A DNA stretch of 64,000 bases, from the IMG/VR virus record IMGVR_UViG_3300014039_000013, positions 96,404-160,403 of that record; one strand, given 5' to 3'. Numbering within the stretch: position 1 is the first letter of the stretch; every line of letters starts with the position of its first letter. Positions 31,160 through 43,678 of the stretch are shown one piece after another. Source of the DNA: a virus (lineage: Duplodnaviria; Caudoviricetes). The notes below the pieces were generated by a model. The model ran no database searches. It was given only the letters and a program-made list of their open reading frames with translations, and was not told where the DNA came from. A program made the position numbers and the translations under genes.

Positions 31160-32047
31160 TTAATAATTATATTTAGAATTATTAATTAATTGTTGTATTT
31201 GCGGATTAGTTAATAATAACTATCCATTAGTTTTTACTTTTTGAGTATGATCTTTTTCGTTAGTATTATATATATTAGATTTATATCTTATAAAAGCGGA
31301 CTCTATTGGATGTAAATTATAATTAATTTTTCTTTCTTGATTAATAAGATAATTCCATCCTATATCTTCTTTCTATAAATTTGAATTTTTACTAGCTTTG
31401 CGTTCTTGGTTCAATCGATTATCTGTTATTCTGTCTGTACTATTTAAATATTCATCATATGGATTATCTTCAAAATATGCCCAATTACTAAGTAACACAA
31501 CTGGTGAATACATGTTGTTTCCAGAATTAAAACTTCGCCAATGTTTAGAATTAATCATACCGTTATACTATATTCCAGCAGTCCGATCTTTATGATTTCC
31601 TATTGTGCTTTCTGTAAATGGTAATCCTAATGCTTCTTGTTTTGAAATATTAACTTTGCTGCCGTATTTTAATAACGAATCTACCACATTCTAATTTATT
31701 CTTAAATTATTGATTTTTGGATTATCACTTTTTATTATAATTTGATTACTATTGGGAATACCAAATTTTTTATCTTGATATTTGCGTCGAGCTTTAAAAT
31801 ATTCCGACTAAGCTTTGGCATACTATTTCTTTCCATATAATTTAGTTACAGTTCCATCGCTGTTGTACTATACCCATATATTACCATGTCTATATTTCTT
31901 TCCTAATGGCATCCATTTACCGTCTCCATTTCTCCATCTTTTTTCTTTTGAAAAATATGTAGGATTACCATTAGGCTTGTATGTTGAATCAGAAATTGCA
32001 TCATATATATTTTTAACTCCACTAACTATTGAATCCCATAAACTCAT
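31160..32047 (-). CDS. 295-aa protein, possible lysozyme-like fold (TAG=Gln)
   Basis: Read-through ORF containing fragment 31373; EALGLPFTESTIG. Confidence 0.55.
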
Positions 32048-32055
32048 TATATATT

Positions 32056-32337
32056 CTAATTAAAATCAGTTATTAATACATGTATTTTATTTTTATCTAT
32101 ATTTTTAATATTAAATATTCCATTATGAACCTTACGATGACAATTGGCACAAAGTAAACAACATTTGTTCATTTCTCTTAGTATGTCTTTTGAATCTATA
32201 TCATGTTTTAAACGATGGCTTAAAGAAAATTCTTTATTTTCTAAATGATGAAATTCTAAACAACAAAACTCAGATTCTCCACAAATAATACATTGATGCT
32301 TAGATTTGTATTTCTTTAAAAATTCTCTAGCATTCAT
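32056..32337 (-). CDS. HNH endonuclease
   Basis: CIICG...LEFHH...LLCANCH. Confidence 0.85.
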   Translation of the reverse strand: MNAREFLKKYKSKHQCIICGESEFCCLEFHHLENKEFSLSHRLKHDIDSKDILREMNKCCLLCANCHRKVHNGIFNIKNIDKNKIHVLITDFN

Positions 32338-33152
32338 TTTTTATATTTATCTCTATTTATATTATATTTTGTTATTGCAGTTTTTAATCTATCGCCTTGT
32401 TCTATAGTAGGAAGTATAACTATTGTATTAACTCCGTCTTTAGTTCCTTTGTTTACATATCTATAATGTTCTTTTGCATATTCAAGAGAATCACCAGGAG
32501 TTGTTATACCTTTAATATTTCCATCTTGATTTGCCCCATATCTTAAAGCTCTCATTGTTGCATCAGCACAATTATTAGTTACTAAATTATAATTAGGATC
32601 ATCTCCACCCTTACTAATTTTTAATGGAATTCCGTAATTATTATCCATAATTAATTCTGAATGACCAGTAAAAGGATACATACTTATAAACGGATAATAT
32701 GTATTTAATCTGACTGGTCTAGCTGCAACAACTTCTGGAATTGTGTGTATAGTAACAGAATAGCGGTCAGGATAATTACCCTTATAAACATTTGAATCCG
32801 TGGTTAACATATCTTCGACATATGGATTGTTAGTTTGTGGCTTGGGGTAAAAATATAATTGACCATTATCATTTTTCCAATATTTATCTGATTCTACATG
32901 TTTATTATATTCTTCTAAAGCTTTTTTTAATAAGCCTCCTTGCTGATGTTTCCAAGTTCTAGCATTAGCCGCAAAAGTAGCCCGTTTCCTAATTTTAGGA
33001 TCAGAACTGTTTTTACCTTTTTGAATACACTCATTTGTTACTTTACCTCCACAATAATCTGTAAATTTTCCTTTATTCTATTTCTTTATCTTAATTTTGT
33101 ATCCTTTTTTAAATCTTGGAACTAATTTTGGTAATAAATTTAAATCATTCAT
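32334..33152 (-). CDS. Basic N-terminal domain + permuted papain-like peptidase (TAG=Gln)
   Basis: KGKFT...RKRATFAANARTWKHQQGG, then GHSE...YNLVTNNCAD (His before Cys). Confidence 0.65.
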
Positions 33153-33237
33153 AAATTTGTTAAATAATAATTAAAAATAAATATTTGTATAAATTTATTA
33201 TATAATATATATTTAAAAATTGCAAAAGATATTAAAT

Positions 33238-33927
33238 ATGAAAATTTTAACTACTACACTGAAAAAAATTTGGAATTTTATTGATTAGTTAAATTCCTAG
33301 ACTAAAACTTTAATCATTTTTATTATAATGTTATTATTTGTAATGTATTTTAATTAGCATTCTAATAAAAATATAATATTAGATTTTATAAAATAGAATG
33401 AGTAGATTGAATCTAAGGCGGATTAGTATACAATTAAAATTGCTCCAAAGATACAAGAATGTATAACAATAATTTAGAAATCAGATCCAGAATGTTATGA
33501 TGTATTACTTTTAAATTATCATAATTCTAAAAAAAGCATACAAGGAATCAGATATTTATACTTAAATTGTATATGCGAATCCCCAAAAGGTATTAATGAT
33601 TCACCTGTAAAACAATATTGGAACGAATTAGAATATATATACTATCAAGATGAATTATCCAGAATACATAATCAAGGATATTTAAGAATTGATGATGTAA
33701 ATAACATTAAATCTGAATTTCCTAAATTGTATGTACAACTAATATCTAGTTAGGCTAAATCAGCAGCATTTTATCCGATAGAAGGAATTGATAATTCAAT
33801 AGGTATTATAATAGTATTATATAAAAAGCCTAAAAAATATAATTTGGGATATTATAATTCTGTAATTGCTTTATAGATTTAGAAATTATCTACAATACTT
33901 GATTATCCAAATGTAAATGTTAAATGA
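33238..33927 (+). CDS. Single-TM protein, T4 T-like holin candidate (TAG=Gln), absent from ORF track
   Basis: N-terminal TM then LLNYHNS...FPKL...FYPIEG...IGIIIV, a GAF-like pattern. Confidence 0.5.
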
Positions 33928-33930
33928 TCT

Positions 33931-34839
33931 ATGAAAATTGATAAACAAAATGGTAATATAGCGTTCTGTGATTCAGAACATAAATATTGGGATATAAAAA
34001 ATCCTGATAAAAAATATATTTCAGTAACTACATTAATACATAGTTATACACAAGATTTTGATTCTAATTTTTGGAGTAAATATAAAGCGTTAGAAAAGCT
34101 TATTCCAAAAGAAGCGTGGAATATAGAGAAGAAATCATTACTAGCTTCTCATATTTTTAATAATGAAATATTATCTATATATAATATATCAGAAAATGAT
34201 TTTAATAAAGAGGTACAAAATATATTAGATAATTGGGAGAGAGAAAAAACAGAGTCATGTGAAAGAGGAACAAAAATTCATGCTGAATTAGAAAATTCTT
34301 TTTATAAATCAGGAACAAGACCAAATACATTAAAGAAATTTGGTATTGGTGGTAAATTTGATTGTAAAAAAAATTATACTGATTTAGATTTAGATAAAGC
34401 TGTATATCCAGAATATTTAATTTATCGAGATTCTAATGATGGAGAACTTCATATAGCTGGACAAATAGACGTTTTAATTAAAAATGGTAACGAAATCACC
34501 ATAGCAGATTGGAAGAGCAATAAAAAAATAGACTTAAAGAGCGGATTTAATACTCAAACCAAGTCGTCAGCTAAAATGAAGTATCCATTAAACACTCTCG
34601 ACGACTGTAATTACAATCATTATCAATTACAGTTGTCTACATATGCTTGGATGCTTCAAAAGATTAATTCAAACTTTATTATTAAGGATTTAATCTTATA
34701 TCACTTTGATCATAAAGGAAATGAAACACTATATCATTGTGATTACTTAAAGAAAGAAGTTGAACGAATGTTAGTTGATTATAAGCGTAAACAAAAGCAC
34801 GAATTAGAAAAATCTAAATATAAACGTATAGAATATTAA
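33931..34839 (+). CDS. PD-(D/E)xK exonuclease
   Basis: SVTTLI, RGTKIH, AGQIDVL, ADWKS, YQLQLSTY. Confidence 0.85.
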   Translation: MKIDKQNGNIAFCDSEHKYWDIKNPDKKYISVTTLIHSYTQDFDSNFWSKYKALEKLIPKEAWNIEKKSLLASHIFNNEILSIYNISENDFNKEVQNILDNWEREKTESCERGTKIHAELENSFYKSGTRPNTLKKFGIGGKFDCKKNYTDLDLDKAVYPEYLIYRDSNDGELHIAGQIDVLIKNGNEITIADWKSNKKIDLKSGFNTQTKSSAKMKYPLNTLDDCNYNHYQLQLSTYAWMLQKINSNFIIKDLILYHFDHKGNETLYHCDYLKKEVERMLVDYKRKQKHELEKSKYKRIEY

Positions 34840-35108
34840 TGAATATAGGTAATATAATAAAAGGAAACGCGAATGCTTTTTTCGGATTAAATAAGGACGT
34901 ATCTGAAGAAAGAATTAAAATATGTAAGAAATGTCCTTTATTTACAAAACGATTAGGATTATATATTTGTAATCCTAATTTGTATGTTAATACAAAAACT
35001 GGAGAAGTTTCTTCAACTAAAAAAGATGGATATAAACACGGATGTGGATGTATTATTAAAAGTAAAACTAGTGTATTAAACGAAAAGTGTCCACTATCCA
35101 AATGGTAA
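34839..35108 (+). CDS. Small Cys-rich protein
   Basis: CKKCP, GCGC, CPLSKW. Confidence 0.75.
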   Translation: MNIGNIIKGNANAFFGLNKDVSEERIKICKKCPLFTKRLGLYICNPNLYVNTKTGEVSSTKKDGYKHGCGCIIKSKTSVLNEKCPLSKW

Positions 35109-35132
35109 TTAACTTTTAAATGATAATGAATT

Positions 35133-35711
35133 ATGGTAAGAACTAATTTAACTGCTAGCGAAAAAGTTGCTAGAGAAGCTGTTGGACTTGAAGCTCCAGC
35201 AAAACATTTTATGATGGGCGAAAAGAATGCTGATGATATTTTAAAAAGAGAGGCAGCAGAAAAGTTTAACACTAAAGTTGATGAATATGTTGATAAATTC
35301 AATAAACATTCAGAAAGACTTAGTGAATATGCACAAACTGTTACTGAAAATGCTGCAAATTTAGAAATTAGAGCTATTTTTGGAAGAGTTCTTGTTCGTC
35401 CTTTTAATGAAAATCCATTTCAAAGAATACAAGTGTCAGACAGTGGTTTGATATTAGACCTTGGTGGACAAAAGCCAGAATTTAAAAACCAAGATAATGG
35501 ACAAATTGAAGAAGAGGAGAACATAATTAAAGTAGCGACTGTAATTGATGTTGCTCCTGATTGTAAATATCTAAAAGAAGGTGACACTGTAATGTATACG
35601 CGTAACTCTTCAATTCCAGTTCCATTCTTTAAACAGGGTCTTGAATGTATTTCAGAAAATCGAGTAGTAGCAGTTATTAATGAGGGTCTTACTAAGAGAT
35701 GGTCCGAATAA
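35133..35711 (+). CDS. groES: GroES-like co-chaperonin domain protein
   Basis: GRVLVRP, SGLIL, ATVIDV, LKEGDTVMY, SENRVVAVI. Confidence 0.65.
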   Translation: MVRTNLTASEKVAREAVGLEAPAKHFMMGEKNADDILKREAAEKFNTKVDEYVDKFNKHSERLSEYAQTVTENAANLEIRAIFGRVLVRPFNENPFQRIQVSDSGLILDLGGQKPEFKNQDNGQIEEEENIIKVATVIDVAPDCKYLKEGDTVMYTRNSSIPVPFFKQGLECISENRVVAVINEGLTKRWSE

Positions 35712-35950
35712 TGGAAGAAAAGATTTATTTAAAACCGGGAGATCTTGTATAGCTTAAGCAAGATCTCCCTTATAAACCAACAATGATTGTTGTTAAAAAA
35801 GAAGTTTCCATTTTTAAAAATAGAAACGGAGAAGATAATTCTTTAAGAGGAATTAAATGTAGATGGTTTACATCAGATGGAATATTACAAGAAGCTGTAT
35901 ACAATACAAAAGATTTACAGCTTGTAAAATCTAATAATACTATAAAATGA
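35711..35950 (+). CDS. YodC/DUF2158-like small protein (TAG=Gln)
   Basis: KPGDLV(Q)LK..PTMIV...CRWF...LQEA. Confidence 0.65.
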
Positions 35951-36426
35951 ACGAAAAAGAATTGCAATAGGCTTTTGCTTAGTATTTAGCATAGATTTCT
36001 GGAGCTAAAAATCAACAAGAGTTGGAACAATTTGTAAAGCAACTTGGTAAAGATGGACTTCAAAAAGAATATCAAAAATTTATGCAATTAATTCAAAAGC
36101 AACAAGCTTAGAAAGCTGCACATGGTGCAAAACTTGCTTATATTTCAAAGTTAAATGGATTTAGTTGTCCAGAGGGAGAAAGACTTGAATACTTTCAAAA
36201 AGGTGGTAGATTTTGTAAAAGATGCGTAAAAGCACAACAAGAAAGAACAGAAGCTGAACAAAAAACTAAAAAAGCTCAAACTGGCACAAAATTTATTCAA
36301 GATTTTAAAAATCAAATTGAAAGTGCTAAATGTGGAAAAAAAGTTAAAAAAGCAGATGACGGGGTTAAATTACGTAAGCAAGATTCAATAACTCCAAGAA
36401 GTATTCAACCTTACGCAATGCAATAA
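35947..36426 (+). CDS. Gln-rich hypothetical protein (TAG=Gln)
   Basis: MNEKELQ(Q)AFA(Q)YLA(Q)IS; overlapping start/stop with both neighbours. Confidence 0.75.
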
Positions 36427-37016
36427 TGATTACTAAAATATTCCTATATGATAATGTGTATAATCGTGTAGAATTAAATACACCAGAAATTCTTCTTGTT
36501 AGAGAATTTGGTGCGCTAATGGATAATGATAGGAATAAATGTAAAGAAGATCCAACAGGAAAAAATAAATTAAGAGCGTTTAGGGAATTTCAATACATCT
36601 ATTTAGCTATTGATTGGCAAAGTCCTTATTCAGATTATAAAGAATAGGAACGTCATCAAGAAGCATTAAAAGACGCATCTATAACAGAAGAAGAATTTAA
36701 TAATCCAGAATTTAGAGCAGCATGTAGAAAATATAGAGCTTTACAAGAAAGTAATAGATCTATAAAATTATTACATGCTGCTTAGAATGCTGTAGATAAA
36801 TTTGCTGATTATTTTAATAATGTAGATCCAGAAGAACGAGACCCAAATACAGGAAAACCAATTTATCAAGTAAAGAATATTATGATTGAAATGTCTAATA
36901 TTTCTAAAGTTAATGAAGAACTTTCTGTGTTAGAAGGACAAGTTAAAAGTCAATTATTAGATACTTCTAATATTCGTGGTGGAGTTGAAGACGGATTCAT
37001 ACCTAATGGAATTTGA
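36426..37016 (+). CDS. Protein upstream of TerL, possible small terminase (TAG=Gln)
   Basis: Read-through of the 36426 fragment; position. Confidence 0.6.
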
Positions 37017-37018
37017 TT

Positions 37019-39313
37019 ATGGTTGAAACAAAAAAGAAAAGGGGTCGTCCAAAAAAAATCAAAATTCCAGATCCAATTTAGGATATTATAGATGATATTA
37101 ACAACAAAGAAGATTAGGAATTTCATTAGATTGTAGAAGAAGAAAGAAAGAAAATAAATAAATAGTGGGATGTTAGTATTGATGACCCAATAGATTTCTT
37201 TGATGCAAATCTGTCTTATGAAATAACTGGATATAAACCTATTAATAAGAATTAGGGTTTAGATTTTGACCCATCTTGGTTTACAGAAGTAAGAGATGTT
37301 TATAAAAGAACTGGACATTATTGTATGTATAGACCAAAAACAAAAGCCTTTGGTGATTTTTGGACTAGAGAATACGATAGATGTAGAAATGGAATGACAT
37401 CTCATGGATATACTATAACTGGTGATAATTATTTCTTTTTAAATTATTATTAGTTAGCCAATTTGGAAACAGCTAAAGCTGGTGAAGGAAGAGCAATAGA
37501 TTTTCCTTCTTTTTATGTAATTTAGTATGAATGGTTTCATTATTTGGAACTATGTAAAAGAGCTAGAAAAAATGCTGTACTAATGAAGGCTCGTGGTATC
37601 GGATTTTCAGAAATGGATGCGTCATTAGCAGCAAATACTTATAACTGTAGACGAGCTAGCAACACAATTATAGCAGCAAATTTATCTAAATATACAGAAG
37701 ATACACTATCTAAAACTTGGAATGCTTTATCATTTTTAAATGATTATACAGACGGTGGATTTTTTAAATTACGTCAAGTAATTGATAAAAGCGATATTAA
37801 AAGGGCGTCATTTTACAAAATGGTAAATGGACAAAAAGTTGAAGATGGTTTTAAATCGCAAATTAAAGGAATTGTAGCCGATAAGCCAAATAAAATTCGT
37901 GGTGATAGATGTGATGTTTTATTATACGAAGAGCTTGGTTCTTGGGACAATTCAACAAAAGCGTTCATACAAGGTGACGCTTTGGTAAGTATTTAGGGTG
38001 CAACATTCGGTATAAAGATCGGTGGCGGTACTGGTGGTGACTCATCAGCTGCACTTGAAGGTCTTAGAACTATGTATTATGATCCTACAGCTTACAATAT
38101 TTTACCATATAAACATAATTTTACTTAGACTGGAGAATCTGTTTTAACTGCATATTTTATACCTGCTTTTACGCTTGTAAGGAGTGCATTAGATAAAAGA
38201 GGCTATACAGATCCAGAAAAAGGCAAAGAATATTATAATAAAAGAAGGGCTGTATATGCAAATAGTCCAAAAGATTTAATTACTTACAGTGCAGAATATT
38301 GTTTCACAGCAGAGGAAGCTTTCGCGCTAGAAGGTGATAATAAATTTAATAAAACACTAATAGCTGAGCAATTAGCTTTAATAAGACTACATAAAAAAGG
38401 TAGACAAGTTAAAAATATTGATTTAAGTTATGTCTATAAAAATAGTGTACATTCTGCTGACAACATAATTGGTATTAAATATACTGAAAATCCTAATTCT
38501 CATTTAAGAATTATAGAATCTCCTATTTGGGAAATGGAATCTATCAAAGATGAAAACGGAGTTGTTATTTGGAATCCTCCTACAAGTCCAATTGATAATT
38601 TGTATGTAATTGGAGTTGATAGTATTGATATAGGAGCACAAGACACATCTGATACAACAAAGTCACCATCGGATTTTTGTTTAACAGTAAAAAAGAGGGC
38701 CTATGGATTAGAAGAACCAATGTATGTTGCTATATATAAATTTAGACCAGATGATATACGTGAAGCTTATAAATTAACTATTAAAGTAGCATATTGGTAT
38801 CATGCTAAAATTAATATAGAAGCTACACGTATGAATCTTATTAGTTGGGCCAGAGATCATCATCATTTACATTATTTTATGAAGAGACCTAGTGCAACAT
38901 ATACAAATCCTACTAAAAGAAATATTAATTAGTATGGCTCTCCAGCAACGGTTGCAGTTATTGATCATCAAACTACTTTAATAGCCGATTATGTGATGGA
39001 TTATTGTCATAATATTTGGTTTGAAGATATGTTAGATGAATTAGTAAGATATAACGATTCTAATAAAACTAAGTTTGATATAATTGCATCAATGGGAATG
39101 ACGGAGCTTGCTGATGAAGAATTACATGACGTAAGCCCTAGAGAAAAGAAAAAAGTAGAAGAAAATTGGTAGGATATAGGATATTATACAGATGAAAAAG
39201 GTTACAAACGATATGGTATTATTCCAAATAATAATACATTTAAAACGATTGCAAATGATAATTGGAGAGAAACAGAGTATTATAGAAGATCAAGTAACCC
39301 AAGATATAGATAA
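37019..39313 (+). CDS. terL: Terminase large subunit, 764 aa (TAG=Gln)
   Basis: KARGIGFS (Walker A variant), LLYEE (Walker B), GGTGG, IGVDSID, FDII; fragments 37544 and 38534 in frame. Confidence 0.92.
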
Positions 39314-39605
39314 TATAAAAAATGAAATTTTATCATATATTTAGGAACATTATAAAGCGCAATATATTGGTGAATTAAAAATTACTAAAATTGAACCAAT
39401 TGGATTTAAAGTTGTTTTTGGATTAAATGCTCCAGAAAGACCTTTAACAATAATGGCGTAGTTAGATACTTGTGATTTTATTAAATTTATAAAAAAGGAA
39501 ATTAAAGAACGTAGTATGGATTTAGTAAAATATTTTATTGGTATTTAGACTCTTCCTGAATAGTGTGAAATTAATACATCTTGCTCATGTCAGAAAATGA
39601 ATTAA
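39255..39605 (+). CDS. Hypothetical protein between terminase and portal (TAG=Gln)
   Basis: Read-through ORF filling the gap. Confidence 0.6.
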
Positions 39606-41788
39606 TAGACAAAGCTAACTCTGCTATCGCTGAATTAGTTTATCCAAAATATGAATTAAAAAAAGCTTATAATTACTATCATGGGAAAAGAGATGCAGAT
39701 TAGTTTAGATACTTAGAGGAAAATTATGGAATAGGAAATCCTACATCTGTTGAATTTATACCATTAATTAGAAAACATATAGATGCTCTTGTAGGCGAAT
39801 ACTTAGGTATGCCGATTATTCCAAAGGTATCATGTAAAGATGTAGACACACTTTCTAAAATACATAGAGAAAAAGAATTATTAATTAATAAAGAGGTTTT
39901 TGAATTTTTAAGAAAGAGATATAAAAATAAATTGTTATCATTTCTTGAAAGAGGCGGAGAAGACGCCCTGTCTGATAGCTCAATTTAGAAAGAAATAGAC
40001 TCGTTAATTGACAATTTGGATGAAAATTTTATTTCATCTTATGAAATTGCAGCTCAAAATATTGTTGAATATTTAATGTAGTGTAGACATACAGATATGA
40101 CTACTAAATTAAGATAGCTTTTACTTGATTTACTAATATCTGGATATACATTTTTTAGAGTTCATCCTTCTGTTGGAGATTAGAATGTAGAAATAGAAGT
40201 ATTAGATCCATTAAATACATTTATTGATAAAAATCCAAATTCTCCATATATTAAAGATTCATATAGAGCTGTTGTAAGAAAATGGTATACAAAATCTCAA
40301 ATATTAAATTTGTATGGATCTTAGTTATCAAGAGAAGATAGAAAACTTTTAGAAGATTCGTGGGAACAGTCTGTTTGTGACTATAATTCTTATTATGTAA
40401 GAACTATGTCTACAGCTAATGGAACTCCTGCAACAGACGGAATTCGAGCTGGAGAAGAAATTGTTCCTGGTTATCCTGATGGATATGGTAAAGATAGAAC
40501 ATATCATTTTATTCCTGTTTATGAAGTAGAATGGCTTGAAACAGATTCTAAATTTGTAATGCAACGATATAAAGTAATTCGTATTGGCGATGGAATTTAT
40601 ATACTTCAAGGTAGGGATGACAATGTTGTTAGATCGCATGATAACCCAAACTATTGTTCTTTAACATTGAATGGTGTGTATTTTGTTAATAGAAATTCAG
40701 AACCTTATTCGTTAATGTTAGCATGTGTATCTTTATAGGATAAATATGATCTCTTACATTTCTATAGAGATAATTTGATTGCTTCTAGTGGATCTGTAGG
40801 TGATTGGCTTGATGTTAGTATGCTTCCTTCATTCTTAGGAACAAAATTAGCCGAAAGAATTGAAAAGTGGAAGGCTTATAAAAAAGCAGGAACAGCATTA
40901 ATAGATTCTTCACAAGAAGGTAGGCTAGGTTCTGGACAAGCTCCTGTTAATACAATATTTAATGGTTATGATGACACTGTAAAAGCAACAGCCATACAAG
41001 CAATTCAATATGCAATTGACGCAATTGAACAAACTGCGTCTTCAATTACTGGTGTATTTAGAGAGCGTTTAAATGGAATCGAATAGAGAGATGCTGTAAC
41101 AAATATCAAAATGGGAGCTAATAATTCATTTATAATTACTAAATAGTATTATTAGCAAATGGATTTAGTAACCAACGAAATGCTTTTAGATGCATTAAAT
41201 GTTGCAAAAAAAGTATACAAAAATGGACTTACTGGCACATTAATACTAGGTGATAAGTATTAGAAAATATTTACTGCTTTGCCTGAAAAGTTTACTATGA
41301 CCGATTATGATATTCATATATCTACAACTACAGATACTCTAAAAGATATGGAATACATTAAACAGATTATTCCAGAATTTATTAAATCTAATTCATTAGA
41401 CCCATCAATTATATTTGAAGCTGTCTCATCCAAAAGTATAACAGAGTTAAAATCTAAAGTTAGACTTGCAATGCAAAAGCAAAAGAAAGAAAATAATCAA
41501 TTATAGCAATTAAGCTAGCAATGTGAAGAACTTTAGAATCAATTGCAGCAATCTTAGAAATAGCTTGAACAATTAGAAAAAACTAATCAAGAATTAGAAC
41601 AAAGTAAACTTCAGCTTGAGCAACAAAAAGTTCAAATGGATTATAAGATTGAGCAGCTTAAAGCTGACACTGATAAGAGATATAAAGATGCAATGATTGA
41701 AGAACAAAAAAAGCGCACAGAAATTGAGCTTGAATAGCTTCATGACGGAGATCCTTATAATGATAGAATAAGACAACTTGGAGAATGA
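39587..41788 (+). CDS. Portal protein, 733 aa (TAG=Gln)
   Basis: Fragments 40406, 40775 and 41279 in one frame; ITGVFRERLNGIE(Q)RDAVTN; Gln-rich C-terminal coil; follows TerL. Confidence 0.85.
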
Positions 41789-42570
41789 CACCATTAATAG
41801 AAGTATGTAATATTGGTGATTGTACATTAGCAATTACCGATTTAACTCAATAGTCTAATGAATATATAAATGAAAAAGAATCTAATGTTGAGGTTTATTA
41901 CAAACAAAATAAATTTAAATATTCAGAAACTTGTACAATTAATATTCTTTAGAAAAACTATTTTTCTGAACAAGAAAATGGAGAATCATATAAAATAATA
42001 AATACATATTTTACAGATCATTGTTCTTATTTAGATGAACAATATATTAAATTAGATCAAGATGGATATTATACTATTTATCATATAATTCTTCCTACGG
42101 TACAATGGTTAGAAGAAGAATTAAAAAAAGAAAATAATATTACTAAATAGAAAGATTTTAATATTTATGTAACAGATTGTAAAAAAACATATCATTATTG
42201 TAATGAAACTAAAACACTAACAGAAGTTGATTCTAAGCTAATTAGTCAAATTAACTATGAAGATACTACAATATCTAGAATATGTTATGATTATTTTAAT
42301 ATATGTAAATTATTTGAATGTTATATAAAATTATGTAAATCTATATTTAATAATATTAATTTAAGATGTATTAATAAAAATTCTGATGTTTCTGAATCTA
42401 TATTTAATAGAGATTTTTTATGGATGACAATTAATGTAATAAAATATCATATTGAAAAGAAGGAATTTTTAGAAGCAGAAAGAATATTAGAATCTATAAA
42501 TTATTGTAATAGATTTTGTCAACAAGATATACAAACAAACAAAACTTCTGGATGTGGATGTAGTAGTTAA
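41785..42570 (+). CDS. Hypothetical virion protein (TAG=Gln)
   Basis: Read-through ORF coupled to portal stop (ATGA), ends GCGCSS. Confidence 0.7.
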
Positions 42571-42728
42571 AAGATAAAGTTATAACTGAATATAATAAGT
42601 TCATATCTGGATTAGAAAAAGGATATCAAAACGATTATAAAAATATTTTAGATATGATATGCTTAATTGAATTTACATCTTATATAGATAATAATGAATC
42701 TTTATATGAATATTATATTAATTTATGA
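42558..42728 (+). CDS. Small protein starting ATG-TAG-TAG
   Basis: Fills the gap; coupled to next ATG. Confidence 0.5.
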
Positions 42729-43678
42729 GTTGTATTAATGATGAATTTAGACATGTATGTCTAAAAGATTTGGAACATTATTTTAAGAAGGATGATTATT
42801 TTGGTGATTTATCTGAAGATGAAATTAAATTAATTCAAAAAAATCTTGGAATAGTTACTGATAATCCTGATTAGGATGAATATAATCCGACCGTATTGGT
42901 TGCAGATTACAAAACAATATTAAATATCGTTTTAGCTGGAACATTAAAAGTAGGATATGTTTATTTAATGAATGATTTCAGATCTATTTATAAAGATAAA
43001 AAAGGAAATATTCTTGGTTATGATGAATTTATTCCAAGTTAGGAATTTTTTATGATGTTAACTCCTACGTCGTCTAATACTTTTGATAAACGAGTAGTTC
43101 TTAAGCCGAAATCTGGTTCAGCTAATTCTTTACAATGGATAGTAGAATATGATATAACACCAACTTTGCTTAATGAAAATACTACAGATAAGGGTCATAT
43201 AACATATTTAAAAGACGAAAATAACAACACAGCTTATTATGATTTTAAAAATATAAAATTTTTAAAAGATTTATCTGAATTAAATAAGGGGGCTGGTTCG
43301 TATGTAGAAGACACTTATTTATATACATTTGATAATGGAGGTAAAGACGCTTCAACTTTATCGAATTGCAAAAATAATCATCTTGGCAATGGAGCTATAA
43401 GAAACGTCTTTTTAGGTGGAGCAAATAATGTTTATTTAGATGCTGATGCTCATGATAATATATTCTTTAAAAATGTAGAAAATTGTCATTTAGGATATGG
43501 ATTTAGCAATAATTATGTATTAGATTATATGCGTAATTGCAACGGTTCTGTACACGATGTAACTCTAAACGAAATTATTTCAATGAATTGTCCAAAGAAA
43601 TTTGATATTTTAGGAGACAACCAAATTATTGTGTATTTAGATTCTGAAACAAGAACTTATCAATTTAAGGATTTATGA
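42725..43678 (+). CDS. Tail-associated protein with beta-helix-like repeats (TAG=Gln)
   Basis: Extends the 43052 ORF; NNHLG/RNVFL/DNIFF/NNYVL repeats. Confidence 0.7.

Noticed and set aside
33931-34839. Cas4 / CRISPR-Cas locus
   Set aside because: No Fe-S cysteine cluster pattern, no other cas genes, no multi-unit array
37019-41788. Introns or inteins in terminase or portal
   Set aside because: Both read continuously at ordinary length; no group I core or intein motifs seen
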